DNA of 64,000 bases, taken from contig OZ024741.1 in assembly GCA_964016885.1 (NCBI GenBank), positions 149,048,001 through 149,112,000 on the forward strand, in the 5' to 3' direction. Positions 53,688 to 64,000 of the stretch are shown here, piece by piece; the stretch's first letter is position 1; each line of letters begins with the position of its first letter. The stretch comes from Eledone cirrhosa (Eukaryota). Under the pieces are notes generated by a model that saw nothing but the letters and a program-made list of their open reading frames with translations, was not told the origin of the DNA and made no database searches. The translations under genes were made by a program, and so were the position numbers.

Positions 53688-56600
53688 ATGGTAATAATAC
53701 TAGCGATAGACAGAACAACAACAACCACAATAATAATAATAATAGAAACATTAACCACAGACACAGCAGCAGCGACCACAGTAGTAATAACGGTAACAAT
53801 ACGAACAACAACAACAATAACCACAGTGGTAATAATGGAAATAGTACATGTAGCAACATCAATGATAGACACAACAAAAACAAGAAACATAATAAAAGTA
53901 ACAACCACAACAATAACGGTGAAGTAAACAACAATACATCTAGCAATCATAACAATAATAATAATGCTAATGATAGAAACAACAACAACCACCATGATAA
54001 CAATAATAGCAACACACACAACTATGACGATAGATATAATGACAACCCCTTAGAGAAACTATTTTTCAACCCAGCTGACAAAACATATAAGGTGGGTAAT
54101 ATCTATCCTACGAGGTTACCCTTTAATAAAAGAGTTTGCATACCACAACAAATAGATGACGAGACAGAGGCACAGTTCACCATAGCTAGAAATAAGATTA
54201 GACAAATAGTAGACAGGTATACTAAGAGACAGAGCAGACCAGAGGCCCAACAACTTGGGAGGAAACCTGTAGAAGGCTTGGTTAGCCTCAAGCAGCGCAC
54301 AAGGGATGTCTACCCACGGATAAGTCTGGTCGGATGTCAATAGATAGCATGCCGAACTACATCGAGGCTATGCAACCCCACATCACCAACACGAGCGAAA
54401 TTGCACAACAAATACACGATGGGAGAGAGAAAATCCTCAACGCTCACATGATGATGTGGACTGACATCCTAAAGCCAAGCAGACGCACTGCCAACAACTT
54501 CCAGGCGTCTAACAATGGCATACCACGCTTGTATGGGCTCCGCAAAGACCACAAGACAGTCGACGACCCGACAACAGGACCACCAACAAGACCCGTATGC
54601 GGAGCTAATATAGCTAGCAACTACAGGATCTCCTACTTCCTCTCAATGGTTATACGCCCCATAATCAAGATGTCCCCAGATGTATGTGACAGTACAGAGG
54701 ACCTCCTCAGCAGAATCAGTGAGTGCAACAAAACAGGAGCCTATCCAACTGCATAATAGGCAGCATGGATGTGGTGTCACTGTACCCATCCATTAACATT
54801 GATTTTGCTGTGAAAAGATGTGTGGAGATGATCATTGAGAGTGAGGTGGAGTTCTGCGACGTCGACACAGACGAACTGGGCCTCCTACTTAGACTTACCT
54901 ACGACACTGACTACCTAGACAGCCATGACCTTAGATGTTTCTGCCCTAGTAGACCTATAAGAGGTAGACCCCCCACCATAACCTCAATGGCAAAAAAGAC
55001 TCCCATGGGAAGGTGGATTGGGTGGACCAAAGCTATACGGACCCCCTAAAACAATGATCAGGTAAGAAAAATGGTCGCACATGCAATAGGGGCTAGTATC
55101 AAAACTACCCTAAAGGGCCACATATTTAAGTTCAACGAGAAGATCTACACCCAAAATGAGGGAGCAGCCATCGGCGTCAGCATAGCTGGTGATGTTGCCA
55201 AACTTTTCATGGTATGGTGGGAAAGGAGACTTAAAGATCTCCTTAATGAGAGCTCCATAGACCTCATCATGTACTCTCGTTATGTAGACGATATCAATAT
55301 AGTTATAAGAACACCCCCACTAGAGAGCACTAACAAGTTTGATTTAGAACGTAGCACGATGGAAAGCATCCAGCAGATAGCTAATTCCATACACCAGAGT
55401 ATAACTGTAACTATCGACTTCCCTTCCAAACACCCTAACAATAGACTACCTGTATTAGACACAGAACTCTGGATTAACACTATAGACGAGAGAGCCCAAA
55501 TTCTCCACTCACACTATGCTAAACCCATGGCCTCCAAATACCTGATACTCAAAGACTCAGCAATGTCCAGTAGTGCTAAGTTTAATATTCTGATCGCAGA
55601 TTTGGTACGAGTGATGAAGAATGTGTCCCGCATGTGCGACCCAACAGAAATGGAAAGACACATCCAACACTTCATCAACCGCATGCAGTTCTCTGGCTAC
55701 AACCAAAGAGACAGAGTCAGAGTATACGAAGGAGCCATGGAAAAGTATAAGACCCTCATAGAACTGGACATGAAAGGAATTTGCCCATTATACAGGAGCA
55801 AATCACGGAATAGCTTAGATAGGGCTAGACATAAGATAGGGAAAGCCACCTCATGGTACGACAACCAGAGATACCAGAGTGTCATGTTTGTGGACGCCAC
55901 CCCTGGAGGGAAATTAGCTAACCAGTGTAGAAAGGCCCTGAGAAAGACCCACTTAAAAATAAAGGTGGTAGAAAAGCCAGGAACCACCATAAAATCCCTG
56001 ATCAGCAAAACCTACCCTTTTAAGAAAACCCACTGTACCAATAGGAAATGTATCATATGTACGGTGAACCCCCGGATAAACTGTAAAACTAGAAACGTAG
56101 TCTATAGCATAAGATGTACAGCGGGTACTTGCAGAAACATGACAACAACATACATAGGTGAGACAGCTCGTAGCATAGGTGAAAGGATAGACCAACAGTG
56201 GGGGAACTAAAAGGACGAAAAAACGGGTCAGTACTATACGAACATGCTAGACAACAACATGACGGTAACATAGACAACATAGAAATTAGAATAATATCTA
56301 AACATAGAAATAGGCGAGTGAAATAGAAATTAGAAGACCAAGGCTAAACAGAAAGAATGAATGGAATAACAACAACACCCAAACAAACAACACTGACCTA
56401 AGAGAAGTATAAATAAGTAAATAAAATAAAATAAATAAATAAATAAATATATACACAAGCACAATAACAACAAGCACATAAACACACACTAGTCACCCAT
56501 CACACAGCAAACAAAACACTATACACACACGCAAACGCATGCGCAAAGAAGACAAAATAAAATAAACAAACAAGCAAATAAATAAATAAATATATAGACA

Positions 56601-56961
56601 GACTGAATAAAAATGGCGTAGACATACAATACAACAGGAGGAAGATATAACACCACTGACGATGTTGCAGATGTGCAACGAAAGATTTATGATAAACTAT
56701 ATATATGTGTTTGTGTCTATATTGTATCTGTATTATTTTTGACCGTCGGTCAGTCAATGGCAACATTGAGGATCGAGTAAGTTAGATTACCGATATAAAA
56801 GACACAGAAGCGAGAAGCGAAAACCAACCAAACAGTGAGTGTGTTCTGTTATTAATTCTGGCAATATTACACAAATATGACCCTCCCCAAGTATAACAAT
56901 ATTTGTTTCGACACACGATTTCATATAAAAAACCTTGCAAAACTAATTCACCGCCGCTATA

Positions 56962-57075
<114 letters not shown>

Positions 57076-57112
57076 TATATATATATATATATATATATGC
57101 ATATATATATAT

Positions 57113-57227
<115 letters not shown>

Positions 57228-57229
57228 GT

Positions 57230-58460
57230 AGAAGGTGAGTAATATTGTAGAACAATAAAACTATGCATATATCAATAAAATTGATGAGGTATATGTGTGA
57301 ATATTATAGATGGTATTCAAATATTATAGGTCTAAAATATAGAAACTGGGTATATTATTTTATATTGGGTTTAAATACTAAAACTTGGATTAAGAAGTGT
57401 AAAAATGTATTAATAAAATAAAATAAAATAAAATTAAAATAAGTATAAAAAAGATTTTCATATAAAATAAATTAAAATAAAATAAAAAATAAAAATAGTC
57501 TATCTATGTCAAAATTAAAAATTTCTGTTAAAAATCTACATATGTGGGATATACTATTTAATTATTATTTAATACCAACAAGTAAATAAAGGAAATTGCT
57601 AGAATTATTTATAAACGTAGAAAAAACATATGACGTCTTAGTTTGTTTACAAAATCTACGAAGGGTTTGAGCGAAAATTTAAGGCTATCGAAAAAAGGTC
57701 AAAGGCTTAAAATATGCTGAGAAAACTAAATTAATACATTGTAGAATATAATGAAATATGTGTAAAAAAATATATTTTAAAAATATATATATGTAAAAAG
57801 AATATATATGTAAAAAATGTGTGTAAAAAAATTAACCGTTATTCGTGGAAAAAGTTATAGGACATTAGCTATATGCTTTGTGAAAGGTCTTGAAGTATTT
57901 ATGATTACAAAGACCAAATCAATCTGTTCTATTTATTATAGAGTTGAAATTCGAGATAATGGTAAATTTTTCAACTAGACATAAATTACAAACACTAGAT
58001 ATGGAAGCATTGAAGTATGGAGATGCGTTGTAGATTTTACGCCAAGAAATTTCGTAATTAATGTGTTTGTCTTTTAAAGACCAAATAAGCTCTGAGAGTG
58101 CGATGCTGGTCCTTTTAAGTGGATATTTAAATGAAGAAGAATGATTATAGAATCTTGCTTTAAAAGAGGTAGAAGTAGAGCCAATGTGGGTATAGGTATT
58201 GGTACTAGTTACCACTTTACATTCATATACTAGGTTTTTATCGAGACAGAAATTACTAAGCGGACAATTAGTTCTAATAGGGCAGTTGCATTTACGATTA
58301 AGATTATTTACAGTGTTATTGGCAAGTGGCCCAGGGTTAATTATATTAGGAACTGGAGTGGTGGAATTAACTAAAAGAGGTGCTAAAGTTTCTAGATTTA
58401 CATTACTATTTGATGTATTCCTCAAAGTTACGTTTGACGTCGTATTTATATTTGTGTTAT
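57230..58460 (-). mobile_element. Neptune-like PLE 3' fragment (GIY-YIG) with AT-rich UTR
   Basis: ORF 57919-58425: CNC...CPLSNFCLDKNLVYECKV...THIGST...FKARFYNH...CNLCLVEKF. Confidence 0.85.
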
Positions 58461-58473
58461 TTAATAATAATTA

Positions 58474-59110
58474 AATAATAATTAAATAGTATACCCCACA
58501 TATATAGATTTTTAACAGAAATTTTTAATTTTGACATAGATAGACTATTTTTATTTTTTATTTTATTTTAATTTATTTTATATAAAAATCTTTTTTTATA
58601 CTTATTTTAATTTAATTTAATTTAATTTTATTTTATTAATATATTTTTACACTTCTTAATCCAAGTTTTAGTATTTAAACCCAATATAAAATAATATACC
58701 CAGTTTCTATATTTTAGACCTCTAATATACCATCTATAATATTCGCACATACGCCTCATCAATTTACTTTTTAACCGTTATCTACAGCTGCTTTCATTTT
58801 GACAGCGTTCCTGATCAAAAGTCTCTCTCTCTTCCTTCTTTCTTTTTTCTTTTTTTCCTCTCCTCACTTTCTTTTTCCTTTTTGTCTTTCTTCTTTCTTT
58901 TTTTCTATTTTCCTATCTTTTTCTTACTATTATATTTTCTGTCATATGCAGGTTTTGCACTTTCCTGTTGACAAGTGTTTTTAAGCCTCATATCATGTTA
59001 CGTTATTTTATCTGATGAGAACACAATTTTTGTCCCAGGATGATGTTGTTTTCGAAATGCGCATAATAAAATATATAGAACTTCTTTAACCATCTTTAAA
59101 TTTCTTCTTT
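58474..59110 (+). mobile_element. Inverted terminal (pLTR-like) copy of the same PLE, carrying an HHR
   Basis: 58474-58764 is the reverse complement of ~57278-57572, then continues to the HHR at 59004 and (TA)n. Confidence 0.8.
59004..59073 (+). ncRNA. Minimal type I hammerhead ribozyme motif
   Basis: TATTTTAT-CTGATGA-GAACACAA...TTGTTTTC-GAAA-TGCGCAT-A-ATAAAATA; palindromic stem III. Confidence 0.88.
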
Positions 59111-59139
59111 ATATATGTATATATATGTATATATATATG

Positions 59140-59255
<116 letters not shown>

Positions 59256-59544
59256 CTATAAAGTATGTCCATAGAAACATTTGATAATGTATATACTCCA
59301 TTTCCTCTCCCAATTAGCATAATTAACCACACAAAAAATCAATTAGACCAGGCTATAAAATTAAAAGGCACCTATGAAGAAATAGTAAATAAATAAACGA
59401 CAGCAATATCTTCGCGGCCAACCAAATAATAGAATATTTACCCAACATTTCAACAGCACGTGGAAATCGATTAAATATACGGTCAACCATACACAATTAG
59501 GTATACAATTAAAGTTAGAAATGCTCATACACATACCAGGATTG

Positions 59545-59626
59545 TGTCCCTAGCCTTGGGTTTCGTTCGCATTTTGATATATCTTATTAAGGAATAAATC
59601 TCGAGCTTCGAACTCATCAGGAGACA
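59545..59626 (-). ncRNA. Type I hammerhead ribozyme motif (one stem III mismatch)
   Basis: Minus strand TGTCTC-CTGATGA-GTTCG...CGAAC-GAAA-CCCAAGGC-TA-GGGACA. Confidence 0.75.
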
Positions 59627-59939
59627 AACTGGTTAGGACAGATTATTTTCTAAAGTGGTGCCCGCCAAACACGAATTCAAAATGGCTAAGAATTGTGACG
59701 TGGCAGTGGTCAAGTCAGAAAGAATGTGATTGGTTGCTTACGGCGAGTGGGTTGGTTACTAGAAAGCGCAGTCCAATATTGCCCAAATTGCATTTCAACC
59801 TTATGGGAGATTATTAAATATAAAGATATACATATAGACAAACTAAACAAAGTCACAGATATATATGTGTTTTGGCAACCATTCACGATGTGGAGCAATG
59901 AAGAATTAATAAGCAATATACTATAAAGTATGTCCATAA

Positions 59940-60105
59940 TATGTGTATATATATATATATATAATTGTATATATATATATATGTATATATATATATGTAT
60001 ATATACATGTATATATATATATATATGTATATATATATGTATATATACTATATAATATATATATATATGTATATATATATGTATATATACTATATAATAT
60101 ATATA

Positions 60106-60180
<75 letters not shown>

Positions 60181-60510
60181 ATATATATATGTATATATAT
60201 ATATGTATATATGTATATATATTTGTATATGTATATATATATATGTATATATATGTATATGTATTAATATATATATATAGATATGTATCTGTATATATAT
60301 ATGTGTGTATATATATATGTATATATATATGTGTATATATATATGTGTGTATATATGTGTATATAAATGTGTATATATATATATGTGTATATATATATGT
60401 GTATAAATATATGTATATATATATATGTATATATATATATGTATATATATATGTATATATGTATGTATATATATGAATGTAATTATATATATATGTATAT
60501 ATATATATTT

Positions 60511-60601
<91 letters not shown>

Positions 60602-60625
60602 CTATATAAATATATATATATATGA
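59940..60625. repeat. Compound (TA)n/(TATG)n/(TG)n microsatellite
   Basis: Direct reading. Confidence 0.95.
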
Positions 60626-60930
60626 ATATATAGAAACATGTTTTTGGTATGTTTAATGTACATTTTTTCTTCTAACTTTGATTTTGTACCTAATTGTGTA
60701 TGGTTGGCTATATGTCAAGTCAATTTCTACGGGCTATTAGAAATACTAGGTAAATCTTTTGTGGCTGTGGATCGCGGATAAAACAGCTATCATTTATTTA
60801 TCTATTGTTTCTTCATAAGTATATTTTAAACTTATTGCTTCGTTTAATTGATTTTTTGTGTGGTTGACTATGCTAATTGGGAGAAGAAATACTGTCTATA
60901 TTTTATCAAATGATTCTATGGACTTACTTT

Positions 60931-60988
<58 letters not shown>

Positions 60989-61016
60989 ATCAAAAGATGG
61001 TTAAAAGAGTTCCATG

Positions 61017-61087
61017 TATTTTATTATGCGCATTTCAAAAACAAATATCATCATGCGATGACATTTGCGTTTTCGTCAGATAAAATA
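61017..61087 (-). ncRNA. Minimal type I hammerhead ribozyme motif
   Basis: Minus strand TATTTTAT-CTGACGA-AAACGCAAATGTCATCG...TGATGATATTTGTTTTT-GAAA-TGCGCAT-A-ATAAAATA. Confidence 0.88.
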
Positions 61088-61405
61088 GGGAGACATGATA
61101 TGAAGGTTAAAAAATACTTGTGAATAGTGCAGTTTTAAATCAACATATGAAAAGTAGTTTTAGATTGATGTGTGATATTGGGAAAAAATTGAGGGGCGGG
61201 GTGAAAAAGAGGAGAAGATGAGAGTAAAGAATGGAGGGGGAGGAGTATAATAAGGAAGGATGAGATAGGAGGATAGATGGGTGATAGAGAGAGAGATAGC
61301 TTTTATAACTGAGAAAAATATATTGTTTTACAGAGAGAGGTTAAAAAACCGTTGGAAGATAATATATAAATTAAAAGAATTTGAAAATTAACGAAGAGAA
61401 AATTT

Positions 61406-61563
61406 AAGAATAATGTTAAATTAAGGTTTGTATATTGAAGGGTTTAATAATATGTGCGATGAAAAGAAATTGTTAATATGTATTAAGAATAATATTAAGT
61501 TAAGGTTTGAATATTGAAGGGTTTAATAATATGTGCGATGGAAAGAAATTGTTGATATGTATT
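61406..61563. repeat. Tandem duplication, ~79-bp unit, two copies
   Basis: AAGAATAAT.TTAA.TTAAGGTTTG.ATATTGAAGGGTTTAATAATATGTGCGATG.AAAGAAATTGTT.ATATGTATT occurs twice. Confidence 0.9.
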
Positions 61564-62879
61564 ATTAAAAATAAAAATAGTAATGTAATTAAGGATATAT
61601 TGTGAAAAGAAGTAGAAGAGTGGATGAATTATGAATTTAGAGGAGTTAGTTAGTGTTTAAGTATGTTTTTATGTAAAGTAATATGTATGTGTAATATATG
61701 TAAATAGTTTGTTTACAAATGAGCGCAGAAAGCAAAGAAGGAGATAGTGTTTAAGGAGAAGACCTTAACATCAAAATATGTATGTTTATGAAGTATTTCC
61801 TAATGGTAATAATATAATGTAATAAAGGAGATTAGTTAGGGTTTAAGTTTGTTTTCATGTGTTGTGATGTGTAAGTTAGGCGAGCATGAAAGGGAGAAAA
61901 AAATAATGAATTGAGGATAAATAATCTAACGTAAAAAAAAATGTTTATGTTTGCGAAGGATTTTTCAAGGTGATACTATAAAGTATTTAAAAGGGTGATA
62001 GTAAGTTTTATGGCCAGTGATAGCATGGAAGAAGGAAGAGTGGATATATTGTGGTGAGTAATAATGAGAATTGAGAAGTATCTAGGAAGAAAAGGTACAG
62101 ATTAGAGGTTAGAAATTAAAAGAAAAAAGGAAAAAGGAAGAAAGGGAAGTGATAAATAGGAATGATATAGAATGGGTAACTAGTGTTATATAATGTATAA
62201 TAAATAACATTGAAATAAGGTAGAAAGATGGGTATATTTTTAAAGAAATATATATATATATATGTGTGCCTTTGAGAAAAAGGATTTTAAATTGGTAAAG
62301 TATTAGATATTAGCTGTATGAACTGTTGACCTTTCAACATGACTGCAATTCACACACACATCCCTACTGACCATTATCACAACAATGAACCTCTTTACTA
62401 CACACACACACACATACATATTTGTCTTAAAAGACTTATTTTTCAGTGACTTCTCAATCAGGCGCAAAATGACACTCTTCGACAAACCTACATTTGGCGC
62501 AAAATCAATTTTTAACATTCACGTGACCTCTACCGACCAATCAAAATTGTTTTGACCACAAGAATTTTTGCAACACGAATTGGCGCGAAACTTATTTTAA
62601 TACCTCTGGAGCCACTTTTTTCACATAAAACAGGTAGAATTTCCAAAACTAATCAGATTAGAGCAAACATCACGGGCGCTCTATCTCAAAATTATTTTTG
62701 AAAAGCATTAGAAATGGGCAACAGGTAAAAACTTAAAACTAAAACTGAATACTAACCAATACTTATTACTAATTTATATTTATTCCTAATTAAACTATTT
62801 TTCACTGGGAACAATTTGTCAGCATTTTCTTTTCCTTTTACCAATATATCACAACTCGTGTGTTACACCTCTATTCTTT

Positions 62880-62923
<44 letters not shown>

Positions 62924-63010
62924 TAACCCCACTATCCGGGAGCTTCCAACCGACATGGTCATATTCTTTAAGGGTATGTCAATATTTGTTTATAAAACTG
63001 ATCTATATTA

Positions 63011-63075
63011 TATTTTATCTGATGAAAGCGCACCATAATTTGCTTCGGTGTCCTTGAAATATGTATAATGAAATA
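63011..63075 (+). ncRNA. Minimal type I hammerhead ribozyme motif
   Basis: TATTTTAT-CTGATGA-AAGCGCACC...GGTGTCCTT-GAAA-TATGTAT-A-ATGAAATA. Confidence 0.85.
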
Positions 63076-63887
63076 AATATGGTTTTATAAATATAGTATA
63101 CATTTGTTAATATATTGTATTTTTACTCCCAAAATTTGTTGAGTGCTTTATATCAGTTATAAAAATACTTGCTTGTTGTATCCCAACAAATTAAATATAA
63201 CTTCTACATATATATATTTATCTAAGCGCTCATATATTCACCTAGCTTATGCTAACAGAATAACTATGAACCTTGTTTCCTTCCTCTACGGTTAGCTCTA
63301 CTCTTTGTTGTTTTCCTGTCTCACTCGCTTTACGCGTTTTAATTGTCCTAATAACTTAATTTAGTTATTATTGCACCGACGTGAGGTATATGATTTTTAA
63401 TGCAATGAAATATCTATGATCGTCGGCAAATCACTGATGAGGGACTTATTTTATTACATGTTATCCATGTGCTACCAGCAGTATTTTTCTCCCCATTTTA
63501 TCATATATATATACAACCATGTTACTCTTCATTCTTTCCCTATATATACATTTGTATAACAGTTTCTGAAGATCTGATCGAGCTAGCACTGTATTTGAAA
63601 TTGAGTGGCACTGCTTTTAGTGTTCAGCAATTTTTAGACAACTTTATCAGAGAAACAATTGTTAGACTGTAAATAAATCCCCTTTATTGTACTCTTCCCC
63701 ATGTTATTCTCAACCTTTTCAATTTTATTACTCCAAAATTAACTTACATAGGAATACAAATGAAATCATAAACACGCCATCTACGTAAACATCTTGTTGA
63801 GTCAAACAACGCCGTACGCTAAAACTATCTATAATAATAAGTATTCACAACCTCTAACTGGATTATCTGTAACGATATTTTGTTATC

Positions 63888-63955
<68 letters not shown>

Positions 63956-64000
63956 ATATAATATAAAACGAAAAATCACTGATGTATCTGAACTCAATTT

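Larger units (their letters stand above)
47572..56901 (+). mobile_element. Long Penelope-like element (N-terminal domain, Asn-rich insert, RT, GIY-YIG), split by a Gypsy insertion; pseudogenised
   Basis: 47611-48221 ISEQEQQILRLPPKF; continues in frame after 53691. PTDKSGR, PRLYGLRKDHK, PTRPVC, SMDVVSLYPSI, GAAIGVSIA, RYVDD, LPVLD, NVVYSIRC...YIGET. Frameshifts near 54310, 54740 and 56200; stop at 55047-55049. Confidence 0.92.

Overview
Eukaryotic, AT-rich, repeat-dominated DNA with no recognisable host gene; the SINEs and (GAT)n-tailed RTE look octopod/cephalopod-like (inference). The main structure is a ~31-kb single-polarity array of TTAGGG and variant hexamers (2948-34029) bracketed by ~1.3-kb inverted repeats (1437-2953 / 34401-35712). 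Each arm carries a type I hammerhead ribozyme (HHR) motif near its outer end and a duplicated ~215-nt GC-rich structured module. The left arm runs into the array at a TAGGGT seed, as expected for de novo telomere addition. The distal end of the array is joined to the 3' (GAT)n tail of a tRNA-SINE. The rest is nested retroelements: three copies of one Penelope-like element (PLE) family, one interrupted by a near-intact CsRn1-type Ty3/Gypsy element (264-bp LTRs, CHCC Gag, -1 frameshift signal), Neptune-like PLE fragments, CR1-like and RTE LINE remnants, two probable solo LTRs and long (TA)n/(CA)n tracts. Ten HHR motifs with intact cores were found. All alignments and folds were done by eye.
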